64,000 nt of DNA from Myxococcota bacterium (GTDB taxonomy: Bacteria > Myxococcota_A > Polyangia > Nannocystales > Nannocystaceae). The notes below the pieces were generated by a model. That model made no database searches and was not told the origin of the DNA. It worked only from the letters and a program-made list of their open reading frames with translations. Below, piece by piece: positions 9,477 through 19,078 of this stretch (position 1 is its first letter; the number at the start of each line of letters is the position of its first letter). Position numbers and translations under genes: made by a program. Where the stretch lies: the NCBI GenBank assembly GCA_039194325.1, contig JBCCWC010000001.1, forward strand, positions 64,001 to 128,000. The letters are read 5' to 3'.

Positions 9477-10874
9477 ATGGTCTTGGGTTCCTGGTTGACG
9501 ATGACGACCCTGATGGCGGCGGAAGCCAGCCTGGTCGTCCCGCCTGCGGAGCCCAGCGCATCGACCGAGCCCACCTCATCCACCGAGCCCACCTCATCGA
9601 CTGAGCCTGCCGCGGGCCTGCCTATCACCAACCCGAGCCACCCACTGCTACGGATGGGTCTGGGGCACGAGCCCGACGCACAGGCCGCCCTCAACCAGCC
9701 CACGGTGCTCTTCGTCAACTTCGACGGCCCGTGGATCAACGGCGGCTGCGGCAATGACTCGCGCGGCGACTGCTCGACCCTCTACCCCGACGTCCAGTTC
9801 TCCCCCTCACCCTCCGACGATGCCAAGCGAGCGGCGGTGATCCAAGCCGTCCGCGAGGACCTCGCCGACTTCGGAGTGATCGTGGTGGGTGAACGCCCCC
9901 CCGATAACAACACCTACGCAATGGTGGTGGTCGGGCTCCCCGATAGCGGAGTGCCGGGGAACATCGCGGGTGACGCTCCCGGGCTCGACTGCGGCAACAA
10001 CAGCCCGAACCTCACCAGCTTCAGCTTCCTGGTCCACGCCAGCGCCAACGCCCAGGCCACGATCATCAACCAGGAAGCCGCCCACACCTGGGGCCTTGAG
10101 CACGTCAACGACAGCGCCGACAACCTCTTCCCCGCCATGGGCGGCGAGCTCGACCCCAAGTACCAAGACCGGTGCAGCCAGGTGGTGGCCGACACCCGCC
10201 TGACCCCCACCACCGCGATCTGCAACGAAGTCCACACCATGTTCTGCCCGCCCGACCGGCAAAACTCCTACCAGGAGATGCTGCTGCTGTTCGGGCCGCC
10301 CATTCCCGACGAGGTCCCGCCCCACGTGACGATCGAGGCGCCGACCGAAGGGCAGGTGATCGAGTACGCCGAAGACTTCGAGCTGACGATCACCCTCGAC
10401 GACGATCGCCGACCGCAGATGTTCGACACCCACGTGCTGCTCGACGACATAGAAGAAACGAGCGCCGAGTTCCACGACAGCACCTTCTCCTTCTCCGTCA
10501 ACGGCGGCGACCCACCCGGAGGGCACGGGCTGAGCAACGGGCTCCACACCCTCTTGGTCGAGATCACTGACGAAGCCGGCAACCCGGCGTCCGCCGAGGT
10601 CACCATCGAGATCGTCGGCAGCCCCTTTGGCGACCCCGACGGAGGCTTCGAGATCCCCGACGGCGAAGGCACCGGTCACGACGACGACCCCGGGACGAAC
10701 GACGAGCGCCCGGGAACCCCCGCAGATCCCTTGGGCGATCCCAACCTGGATGCGGGCTGTGACTGCCGCACCCCTTCCTTCCCGCCCGGATCGACGCTGC
10801 TCGTGCTGATGCTGGCCCTCGGACACTCGCGACGACGCCGACCAGCACCCACCAACTGCGGCGAGCCCGAGTGA
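9477..10874 (+). CDS. Secreted metallopeptidase-like protein with an Ig-like domain and a MYXO-CTERM-like tail
   Basis: QEAAHTWGLEH (variant of HExxHxxGxxH), an Ig-like PPHVTIEAP...DEAGN segment, and C-terminal GCDCR-hydrophobic-RRRR. Confidence 0.7.
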   Translation: MVLGSWLTMTTLMAAEASLVVPPAEPSASTEPTSSTEPTSSTEPAAGLPITNPSHPLLRMGLGHEPDAQAALNQPTVLFVNFDGPWINGGCGNDSRGDCSTLYPDVQFSPSPSDDAKRAAVIQAVREDLADFGVIVVGERPPDNNTYAMVVVGLPDSGVPGNIAGDAPGLDCGNNSPNLTSFSFLVHASANAQATIINQEAAHTWGLEHVNDSADNLFPAMGGELDPKYQDRCSQVVADTRLTPTTAICNEVHTMFCPPDRQNSYQEMLLLFGPPIPDEVPPHVTIEAPTEGQVIEYAEDFELTITLDDDRRPQMFDTHVLLDDIEETSAEFHDSTFSFSVNGGDPPGGHGLSNGLHTLLVEITDEAGNPASAEVTIEIVGSPFGDPDGGFEIPDGEGTGHDDDPGTNDERPGTPADPLGDPNLDAGCDCRTPSFPPGSTLLVLMLALGHSRRRRPAPTNCGEPE

Positions 10875-10911
10875 ACCAACCGGTGGATCGTGAGCTCGGT
10901 GTGAGCCCAAT

Positions 10912-10964
10912 GATCCCAGACTAGGATCCCAGACTAGGATCCCAGACTAGGATCCTAGTCTGGG
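10912..10964. repeat. Three GATCCCAGACTAG units ending in a perfect 24-bp palindrome
   Basis: CCCAGACTAGGATCCTAGTCTGGG at 10941-10964 is self-complementary. Confidence 0.9.
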
Positions 10965-11201
10965 CCGGACCCCGATGAACCGCAAACATGTCGCAATGAC
11001 GACATGACCAGCCCGCTCTCTTCATCAAAAAGGCACGCGACCGCCATACGACTCGCCATGCGACGGGCCATGCGATCGGCCCCGTTCGCTGACGCTCTGG
11101 GAGATCTCCGACCCGAACGGGAGGCCCTCTGAAGGATCTCCATTCGTGGGGATCTCCATTCATAGGGATCTCCATCATGGCCTCCCCTTCGGGATCCCCT
11201 C

Positions 11202-12326
11202 ATGCGAGAGGTCACAAATCGAGCTCGAAATCGCGCACTACGCGCAGAGTCTGGGATTAGCGCCAGTTTCGTCTATTTTCGCCCCAGGTGTGCGATGCTT
11301 CGCCCCGTGGATGGCGCCAATGCACCACGCTTGATCACCCAGGGCGAAATCGAGGTGGTGGTCGGCCACTACCGCGAGGCGATGGCCCGTTACGAAGAAG
11401 CCGCGAGCGTGCTCGAGCACCGCTTGCGGCGCGAGCTTCGGGCGGCCGCCATCAAGACCCTGGTTCTCTCGCGTGCCAAGCACCCAGATGAGGTCCGCCT
11501 GGACCTCGAGTACCAACGAGCCTCGGACGACCCCGCGGAGCCCGAGCTGACGTACACCAAGCTCAACGCCGATCTGAATCGTTCGATCACGGATCTGTCG
11601 CGAGCCACGGTCATCGTCTATCACCCCATCGACGAGCAAGCCGCGTTCGAAATGATCCTGCGGCGCTTCCCGCTCGCCGACGTACCGAACCCCATCGAGC
11701 ACCAAGAAGACCGCCAGCGCGGCAGCCGAGCGCTGGTGGAGATCGACGAGTCGTTCGACCGGCCGTCGCTGCGGGGCTCGATCGTCGAGGTGAAGGTAGC
11801 GTCGATCTCCTCCCACATCTTCAACGAGCTGGGCGCAGACATCGGCTACTCGCCCACCGCGGAGGAACACCCCGAGAACGTGGCCGAAGGCATCGAGGAC
11901 CTGATGTACCTCAGCCGGCTCACCGATCGGGCGGTCCACCGCCTGCTCGAAGCCCGTCGCACGCGGCTGTTCGATCCCACCGAGCCCGTCAACGATCCGG
12001 TGGATCTTCGACACGCCCTGGAGCAGATGGTGGGCCACACCCTCACCGGTGACTTCCAGCGGCTGTTCCGACTGCTCGACACGGTGATCCACCCGTTCAC
12101 CGCAGGAGCCCTGGCCGACCTCGGCCCGGCTGAAACGCTGCTGGAGCAGGGCGTGCAAATAGCCACCGGGCTGGGCCTGCACGAGACCGGCGGCGACGAC
12201 GACGTGCTGTGCTACACGCTGTCGCTGATGGACTCGTTCGGCCCGGAGTTCCAGGAGCTGGCCAGCAACTGGCGCGGTCCCACCAACGACATCAAGAACG
12301 CAATCTTGGGCTGGAAGAAGGCGTAG
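11202..12326 (+). CDS. RelA/SpoT synthetase-like protein with degenerate catalytic motifs (start may be 11295 or later)
   Basis: SRAK, ITDLSRATVIVY and VEVKVASISSHIFNELGADIGY follow the order and spacing of small alarmone synthetase motifs. Confidence 0.6.
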   Translation: MREVTNRARNRALRAESGISASFVYFRPRCAMLRPVDGANAPRLITQGEIEVVVGHYREAMARYEEAASVLEHRLRRELRAAAIKTLVLSRAKHPDEVRLDLEYQRASDDPAEPELTYTKLNADLNRSITDLSRATVIVYHPIDEQAAFEMILRRFPLADVPNPIEHQEDRQRGSRALVEIDESFDRPSLRGSIVEVKVASISSHIFNELGADIGYSPTAEEHPENVAEGIEDLMYLSRLTDRAVHRLLEARRTRLFDPTEPVNDPVDLRHALEQMVGHTLTGDFQRLFRLLDTVIHPFTAGALADLGPAETLLEQGVQIATGLGLHETGGDDDVLCYTLSLMDSFGPEFQELASNWRGPTNDIKNAILGWKKA

Positions 12327-12329
12327 ACC

Positions 12330-12851
12330 ATGTCGCAGCTCAACATCAACGATCTGGTGATCTGTCTCAACGCCCGCTCGTCCTACTCGGAGCTGGTCGT
12401 CTTTGCCGACGACCTCGAAGAGGTGGCCCAGCTACGTATAGGCGAGCTCCCGCTGGACCTGACCCCGCTCGACCACGCCGGCCAGCGCTTCACCTTCCAG
12501 GGCGACCGCGGCAAGCGCTACTCGTTCGAGATCTCCGAGACAGGCACGGCCCGGCTGGCCACCGACATCTCCAACCACCCGCAATCGTCGGCCATGAAGG
12601 CGATGCAAGACGAAGCCCTGGGAGCGAGCGCCTCGGCGGCGCTCCGCAACGCGGTCGCCAAGAAAGGCGGCGGCTGGGCCCCGGGCCTAGTGCTCGGGAT
12701 ACTGCTGGGCGACGCACTCGACGAAGACTCCGAGTCGCGCCGCGTGCTCACGCTACGCTTCGACAGCACCAAGAAGCGCTGGAGCGCCTACGACGGCGGC
12801 CTGGTGGGCTGGATGAAGCGCGAGCTAGCTCCGGTGGACGCGGAGTCCTAG
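12330..12851 (+). CDS. Hypothetical protein, probably co-transcribed with the upstream gene
   Basis: 173-aa ORF with GC3-biased codons, starting 3 nt after the upstream stop. Confidence 0.75.
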   Translation: MSQLNINDLVICLNARSSYSELVVFADDLEEVAQLRIGELPLDLTPLDHAGQRFTFQGDRGKRYSFEISETGTARLATDISNHPQSSAMKAMQDEALGASASAALRNAVAKKGGGWAPGLVLGILLGDALDEDSESRRVLTLRFDSTKKRWSAYDGGLVGWMKRELAPVDAES

Positions 12852-13011
12852 CAACCCCGCGAAACAAACCGACACGAGGCGGACTCGTGGATGCCCGGCA
12901 TCCCGAGTCCGCCTTCTTCGTTCTCGAGCACGGCTCGGCGCCGCCAGCGAGAGGAACGGCTCGCGCGAGCCCGAGGCCGCGCGAGCCCTTCGCCACGAGC
13001 GGCAAGGGATA

Positions 13012-13566
13012 CTAGGGTGCACTGCCCGGGTAGCTGGCCATGATCACGCTGACCGCCTCGTTGATGATCACCTCGGGATCCTCGGCCGTCGACAACCACT
13101 TGGAGGTCCAGCCGTGCCAGATCTCCTGCTCCTTGGCGGGATCGATGAGGTAGATGTTGAGCGTGCCCTTGGTCTTGGCATCGCTGGGGCCGTCGGTGGT
13201 GACCGCGGTGCCGTCGCCCCCTTCGAGGCGATAGCGGATCTTCACCCCCACCGAGAAGGCGACCAGCACCTGGGCCTCGTCGCGGGCCACCGCCGAGTAC
13301 CCGCGCGCGGCCATCTCGCGGTCGATGGCGGCCCGAATGCGCTTCTCGTTGTCCTGGGTGCGCACGTTGGGCTGATCCTTGCCCAGCTGGATCAGCATCA
13401 GCTCGGTGGTGACCCAGGCGTAGGTCTTGGCCGACTCGAGATCAAAGCCGGGGTTGCGCTCGGCATACACCTTGGGCGCACATGCTGCGCTCAGCATCAA
13501 TAGACCCGCCCCCAAGAGGGCGAGCGCACCACGGCGAGACGAATGGACGCAGGCGGGACGATTCAT
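13012..13566 (-). CDS. DUF4136-type lipoprotein
   Basis: Lipobox LSAAC, KTYAW, IDREMAARGY, GTLNIYLID...IWHG. Confidence 0.8.
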   Translation of the reverse strand: MNRPACVHSSRRGALALLGAGLLMLSAACAPKVYAERNPGFDLESAKTYAWVTTELMLIQLGKDQPNVRTQDNEKRIRAAIDREMAARGYSAVARDEAQVLVAFSVGVKIRYRLEGGDGTAVTTDGPSDAKTKGTLNIYLIDPAKEQEIWHGWTSKWLSTAEDPEVIINEAVSVIMASYPGSAP

Positions 13567-13709
13567 GAGCACGCAGGAGTATAGGGCAAACCGGCAACCA
13601 TCGGTGCCGGAGTCGCCTCCCAAAAAAACCCCGGTTTTCGTCCATCCTGGGTGCCGCTTGGGCAAGACCGAGGCCGGGCGCGACAGCCGTCGCGCATCCC
13701 GAGCCAGCC

Positions 13710-13749
13710 TCGGCATAGCTCGGCATAGCTCGGCATAGCTCGGCATAGG
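13710..13749. repeat. Four tandem CTCGGCATAG units
   Basis: Read directly. Confidence 0.85.
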
Positions 13750-13754
13750 ATAGC

Positions 13755-15014
13755 TCAGTCGTAGCGGCTCATGATCTCGAGCTCCCACGACATCACCCCG
13801 CCGTCGACTCCGTTGATGACCGTATCGGTGACCACGAGCCACCAGGTGCCGTTGACCGACTCGTCCCCCGAAAACCCCAGAGGCACGATCCCCACCCCGC
13901 CGGGGTGAAGCGGCGATGCGGGGTTACTGGCCACCGAAACCTGGTTGCCGTCGGGATTGCGGAGCTCGATCACCAGCTCGCTCGGGTCGGGGTGATCGAG
14001 CTCTACCCACACCACCACGTCCATATCCACCGATGTCAGGCCCGCGACCGGAAGGCTCGCCTCCACCGGGGTCCCGTCCCCAGGGATCGCCACCGAGCCC
14101 CCGGAGAAGACCCCCGCATGTTCCTGGGGCAGGCATAGCCCTCCGGGCGAGTTCGACAACACCGTGCTGCGGACAAGACCCGCACACAGCAGACCGGGGC
14201 CACAAAGGTCGACCAGGTCGCACGATGCTCCCTCGCCGGCTGCCATGGCGCACGAGATCGTCTCGGGCACGGTCTGGTCGTCGACACCGTCGACCTCGAC
14301 ACGGAGGGCATCGATCACCAACAACGTATCGGCGGGCCAGGTGAACTGGAAGGTCTCGCAGTCGCCACCGGGGGACCCCGCACGGCCGTCGACCACCAGT
14401 CGGCCGCGATCCCAGGTGAGGCTGGTGGCCACCAGATCGTGCCCAGCAAAAGGCTGCGGCCCGCGGGAGCCGTAGACGAGCCACTGCTCGGGGAAGCTCA
14501 CCCCTGTCGGCACGGGGACGCCCGTGACGGCATCCCACTCGGCCGCGCTGGTGATCACCGTCCAGCCCGGCTGCACCCGCGAGCTCAGCGGCAGCGCATA
14601 GCGATCGAGCACGGTGAACGGGACATCGAACGCCCCAAGGCCGGTGGTCGTACCCTCGGCGGCTCCGCCGGTGGTGCTGCCGCCCCCGTCGGTCGACGTG
14701 GTCGGCTCGGCGGTCGTCCCCAAGCCACGCGTGCTGCTCGATCCCTCAGCATCCGCGGATGGGGCATCGGTCGTGGTCGTAGAGCTCGCGATCACCTCCG
14801 TGGTGCTGGAGTCCGTCGTAGAGGTGGTGGCGGACGTACCGTCGTCCGTGCACGCACCGAGCATCGACGGCAGCACCACGAGCCCCCAGGTCGCCGGGCG
14901 ACGCCAGACGCGACGATGCGCAGGACGATAAAGAGGAGATCTCGGTTCGAAGAGGGTCCCGTTCACCGCGCGCAACATAGCAACCATGCGATCGACGACC
15001 ATGCGACCGACCAC
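13755..15014 (-). CDS. Lipoprotein with a Thr/Ser-rich linker and a C-terminal proprotein-convertase P-domain (start uncertain)
   Basis: LGAC lipobox. VELDHPDPSELVIELRNPDG...NGTWWLVVTD...SWELEI is P-domain-like. Confidence 0.75.
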   Translation of the reverse strand: MVGRMVVDRMVAMLRAVNGTLFEPRSPLYRPAHRRVWRRPATWGLVVLPSMLGACTDDGTSATTSTTDSSTTEVIASSTTTTDAPSADAEGSSSTRGLGTTAEPTTSTDGGGSTTGGAAEGTTTGLGAFDVPFTVLDRYALPLSSRVQPGWTVITSAAEWDAVTGVPVPTGVSFPEQWLVYGSRGPQPFAGHDLVATSLTWDRGRLVVDGRAGSPGGDCETFQFTWPADTLLVIDALRVEVDGVDDQTVPETISCAMAAGEGASCDLVDLCGPGLLCAGLVRSTVLSNSPGGLCLPQEHAGVFSGGSVAIPGDGTPVEASLPVAGLTSVDMDVVVWVELDHPDPSELVIELRNPDGNQVSVASNPASPLHPGGVGIVPLGFSGDESVNGTWWLVVTDTVINGVDGGVMSWELEIMSRYD

Positions 15015-15036
15015 GGGCTGCTAGGATCGCCGGCCA

Positions 15037-16095
15037 GTGCTCGTTGCCATCCTGGTCGCCTTGCAAGGGACGTCCTCGACGACGCCCGAGCTCGACTGGG
15101 ATGCGCCCAGGTCGTGCCCTGACTCGGCCTTCGTCCGCGATCGCCTGGAGCGGCTGCTCGCGAACCCCTCCAGGCCCGACGCTCCCTCCGGATCCCACGA
15201 ACGCGAGGTTCGCATCGACGCTCGCGTGACCCAACGAGCCGACGACGAGTATCGACTCCGACTGACGGTCCACGAACCGGGCACAGCTCACACCCGCGAG
15301 GCGTCGGCTCGAGATTGCACGACCCTGGCCGACGCCACGGCGCTCATCACTGCGACCTTCATCGAGCCGCTCCAGATCCCGGCGCACTTGGATCCTGGTA
15401 CTGCGCCGGTGCCTGCGGTGGACCGCCCGGGCTCGCAGGGGATCACGAACCGATCGATCCCGCCGCCGTCCGTTCGCTCGTCTCCGCCCGCTCCAGAGGA
15501 CGAGCCCTCCGGCAACACCCCGGCCTCGACCGAGCCCCCGCCGCTCCCGACGACCGACCGACCGACGTTCGATCCGCCTCCGAGGCTCGACCACGCCCAG
15601 CTGCGAGTCACCATGGTGGCGGGTCGAGGGATCCAGCCCGATCTCGACATTGGTCCCTCGGTGACCGGCGCCTGGTCTCGCAACACCCTGCGGCTCGAGG
15701 TGGCGCTGACGGCGATCTTGCCCCGCACACGCGCCCACTCCTCGCTGGCCGGGGTCGCCCTGCGGCAGTCGCTCTATGCGCTGACGCTACGAGCCTGCGG
15801 AGCTCCCCGCGGTCCGCGCTGGGCCCTGGCGATGTGTGCAGGCACGGAACTCGGAGCGGTGGTCGCCACCGGCCAGGGCGTCTCCGAGCCCCGCACCACC
15901 GCCAGCCCCTGGGGCGCCGTCGTGATGAGCATGATGGCGGGATGGCGCTTCGCTCCACGCTGGACGCTGTGGGCCGGCCCCGAGGGGCTCGTCGGCTACG
16001 CAATCTCCGCATTCACGGTGGGCGACTCCGAGCCACAACCGGTCGGTCGCGGGGGGATCCGGGCGCATCTGGGCGTGGAGTTCCGCCTGCGCTAG
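15037..16095 (+). CDS. Myxobacterial-type exported protein with a probable C-terminal beta-barrel
   Basis: WDAPRSCP...RDCTTLADA N-terminal domain, a Pro-rich linker, and alternating beta-strands ending HLGVEFRLR. Confidence 0.65.
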   Translation: MLVAILVALQGTSSTTPELDWDAPRSCPDSAFVRDRLERLLANPSRPDAPSGSHEREVRIDARVTQRADDEYRLRLTVHEPGTAHTREASARDCTTLADATALITATFIEPLQIPAHLDPGTAPVPAVDRPGSQGITNRSIPPPSVRSSPPAPEDEPSGNTPASTEPPPLPTTDRPTFDPPPRLDHAQLRVTMVAGRGIQPDLDIGPSVTGAWSRNTLRLEVALTAILPRTRAHSSLAGVALRQSLYALTLRACGAPRGPRWALAMCAGTELGAVVATGQGVSEPRTTASPWGAVVMSMMAGWRFAPRWTLWAGPEGLVGYAISAFTVGDSEPQPVGRGGIRAHLGVEFRLR

Positions 16096-16186
16096 CGGGA
16101 CAACCGGCCGCCGATCGTCGATCGCACGATGATTGCTCGCGGGCTCACGAAAGTCCGACGATCTGGCCACTCACCTCGGCCCGCCC

Positions 16187-17446
16187 ATGGATCTGCCCGC
16201 GTCCGCCACCCCGCACGACATCTCGAGCGTCTACGAGGCTCACTTCGAGTACGTGTGGAACAACCTCCGGCGCCTCGGGGTGGAAGCGGCGGACCTCGAG
16301 GATGCGGTGCACGACGTATTCGTGGTCGCTCACCGCCGACGCCACGAGTTTCGCGGGACCTCGAGCATGCGCACCTGGCTGTTCGGGATCGCCCGCCGGG
16401 TGGCCCGAGACCACCGACGCCGTCACTTTCGCCACCGCCGGCGGCTCGACGCGGTGCGCAACGCAACGCCGACGAGCAGCCCCCGCGAGCCCCCCCAGGA
16501 GCAGGCCGCGAGCTCGGCGTTGCTACGGCGCTTCCTCGACTCGCTCGACGAGGGCAAGCGCAGCGTGTTCATCCTGTCCGAGCTCGAGCAAATGACCGGG
16601 CGCGAGGTAGCCGTGGCTCTGCAGCTCAACCCCAACACGGTTGCGTCGCGGTTGCGGGCCGCCCGGCAGGCCTTTGATCTCTACGCTCGCGGCCTTCGCC
16701 ACGCCGACCAGCTCCTCGTGAAGCGACCGCCCCCGATCCCCGAGGCGTCACGGCGTCGTGCCTGGGCCTTGGTCACGGCACAGCTGGCCCGGCCCCCGAC
16801 GACCGGCGCCGTCCCGGCCTCGGCGGCCGGCGCGACCCTCGGGCACGCCAAGGCGATCGGCCTCACCCTCGCCCTCGCCGCGGGGGGGCTAGGGGCGATC
16901 AAGCTGGTCGCCAACTCGACGGCCCGCTCGACGACGACACCCGCACGACCGGCGGCCGCCCGAGCCATCGAGCAGCCGCCGGAGCTTTCCCTGGCCGCGA
17001 CGCCCCGCACGACGTCCGAGCCCCCATCGTCTTCGGTGACCTCTTCAATGATCGCACCGTCCGCGCGCCGCCCCAGCGCCCCCTCCGGCGCTCGAGCCTC
17101 TCGTCGCTCGAACCAGCCAACGACCCAACGAGCCTCAGCCGCCCTTCGCCCGCTCGACGATCTCGCCGAGCACAACCGGCGCCTGACCGCGGCCCGGGCC
17201 GCGCTCGATCGGGCACAGGCACGGCAGGCGCAGCAGATCGCCGAGGACTATCTGCACCGCCACCCCGATGGCTTCTACGCCGACGAGATGCAGCTGGCCC
17301 GGATCCAGGCCCTCAGCCAGCAAAGCAAGTGCGAGCAAGCCCGCCCGGCCGCGCGCTCGCTCTCTCGCCGCCGGTCCGGCACGACCCTCGCCGCGCTCGC
17401 CACCATGGCGTGCCCCTCGCCGGCTCCCGATCCCTCGGGGCGATGA
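16187..17446 (+). CDS. ECF sigma-70 factor with a fused transmembrane/TPR-like C-terminal extension
   Basis: Region 2 DLEDAVHDVF...TWLFGIARR, region 4 LSELEQMTGREVA...NTVASRLRAAR, then a hydrophobic helix and a helical tail. Confidence 0.85.
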   Translation: MDLPASATPHDISSVYEAHFEYVWNNLRRLGVEAADLEDAVHDVFVVAHRRRHEFRGTSSMRTWLFGIARRVARDHRRRHFRHRRRLDAVRNATPTSSPREPPQEQAASSALLRRFLDSLDEGKRSVFILSELEQMTGREVAVALQLNPNTVASRLRAARQAFDLYARGLRHADQLLVKRPPPIPEASRRRAWALVTAQLARPPTTGAVPASAAGATLGHAKAIGLTLALAAGGLGAIKLVANSTARSTTTPARPAAARAIEQPPELSLAATPRTTSEPPSSSVTSSMIAPSARRPSAPSGARASRRSNQPTTQRASAALRPLDDLAEHNRRLTAARAALDRAQARQAQQIAEDYLHRHPDGFYADEMQLARIQALSQQSKCEQARPAARSLSRRRSGTTLAALATMACPSPAPDPSGR

Positions 17447-17510
17447 TCCTCATCGAACTTTTTCCGAGGGACGATCACGAGATCCACCCGAGCCGGCCAC
17501 TGACGGGACG

Positions 17511-19031
17511 ATGACCACTCGCTTCGCTCATCCTCTACTAACCTTGATGCTGGGTGGCTGCATAATGCCCCCCAGCGACGCGGGCGAGACCCTCGGCACC
17601 GAGGGCTCGACCACTGACGACGGGGCCACGAGCTCCGTCCCCGCGGACAGCGGCTCGAGCGCGACCGACTCGAACCCGATGGACTCCAGCGGCTCCGCCG
17701 ACAGCGGCACCGGTAAGCCTCAAGACTGCACGCCGGGCCTCATTCAAACCGGCTGCACCAACCAGCTCGACATCGTGATCGTCGTCGACAATTCGGCAGG
17801 GATGGCCGATGCACAGCGCGAGCTCGGACGATCGATGCCGAGGCTGGTGGACCAGTTGACGGATCTGACCGAGCGCAGCGGCCTGTACCCCCTCGATCTC
17901 GACGTCCAGGTCATGGTCACCACCACCGACCTGAGCAGCGCTCTTTGCGAGGCTTTCGAGCCCGAGGGCTATTCCCCGGCCATGGGTAGCCCGATCGCGA
18001 CCCCTTGTACCGAGCGACTGGACGATTTCACCGGCTTGAACCCGAGCCAGCCGGTCGTGGTCCCCGAGACCTGTACCGCGATCTGCCCGTCTGGCGTCGC
18101 CCCCACCGAGGATTTCGTGGCCTTCGGGCCCACGGGAACCAACGTACCGGATGTGCCCGGGGTCGACATCGACGGCGATGGCGTATCCGATCCACCGGTC
18201 GCCCAGGCGCTGGCTTGCCTGGTCCCTCAAGGGATCAACGGCTGCGGCTACGAGTCCCCCCTCGAGGCGATGCTCCAGGCCATCAATCCCGAGGCGCCCT
18301 GGAACATGGGCCCGCGTCCTTTCCTCCGGGACGACGCGGCGCTGGCCATCATGCTGGTCTCCGACGAACCAGACTGCTCGATCTGGAATCAAGAGATCCT
18401 CGCGAACCCTCTCTACCAGAACATCAACCCGGAGACAGCCGCCCCTCAGGCGAGCTCGGCCGCATGCTGGAATATGGGCGTCGAGTGTGAGGACCTCGAC
18501 AACGACGGCATCTACGAGTCGTGCGAGTCGGCCCAGAATTACGGAATGCATCCCACTAGCCGCTATATCCAGTATCTCGACTACTTGCGCGACGATCTGG
18601 GCAAAGACGTATTCATGATGGAAGTGACCGGAGTCCCCCCAGTCATCGCCCACAACCCCGAAGCTCCATTTTTGCCGATAAGCGGCGGGGTGCACGATCT
18701 ACTCTACCGCGACTGGGTGGATCTCCCCTATCCCAGCGGCGACATCGACCCCCAGGAGTGGGCTCAGGGAATCCGCGCGTCCAACAAACAGTTCGAGCTG
18801 GGCATCGGGCCGGGCTGTACCGTAGAGGACGACCAAGGCGCATTCCAGCAGGCGACCCCGCCGGTCCGCATGCTGGAGGTTTGCGATTCCCTGAACTTCG
18901 GCGATCCCGAGTTCGGCAGTCGCTGCTGCGTCGAGTCCGTGTGTGACCACCGCTTGAGCACGTCGTACGCATGCCTGACCGGAATGCTGATGCCGCCGGG
19001 CGAGCCGCTGGGTCCCTTCCCGAGCGGTTGA
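17511..19031 (+). CDS. Cys-rich vWA-like lipoprotein
   Basis: LGGC lipobox, DIVIVVDNSAGM, GCGYESPLEA, FLRDDAALAIMLVSDEPDCS. Confidence 0.75.
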   Translation: MTTRFAHPLLTLMLGGCIMPPSDAGETLGTEGSTTDDGATSSVPADSGSSATDSNPMDSSGSADSGTGKPQDCTPGLIQTGCTNQLDIVIVVDNSAGMADAQRELGRSMPRLVDQLTDLTERSGLYPLDLDVQVMVTTTDLSSALCEAFEPEGYSPAMGSPIATPCTERLDDFTGLNPSQPVVVPETCTAICPSGVAPTEDFVAFGPTGTNVPDVPGVDIDGDGVSDPPVAQALACLVPQGINGCGYESPLEAMLQAINPEAPWNMGPRPFLRDDAALAIMLVSDEPDCSIWNQEILANPLYQNINPETAAPQASSAACWNMGVECEDLDNDGIYESCESAQNYGMHPTSRYIQYLDYLRDDLGKDVFMMEVTGVPPVIAHNPEAPFLPISGGVHDLLYRDWVDLPYPSGDIDPQEWAQGIRASNKQFELGIGPGCTVEDDQGAFQQATPPVRMLEVCDSLNFGDPEFGSRCCVESVCDHRLSTSYACLTGMLMPPGEPLGPFPSG

Positions 19032-19078
19032 CGGGCGTCGCCCGGCGGCCTTGCCGCGCGTGGTGACCTCACGGGCGG

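Noticed and set aside
10066..10103. QEAAH instead of HExxH as evidence of a dead protease
   Set aside because: I recall this variant in related myxobacterial proteins, and activity cannot be judged from sequence alone
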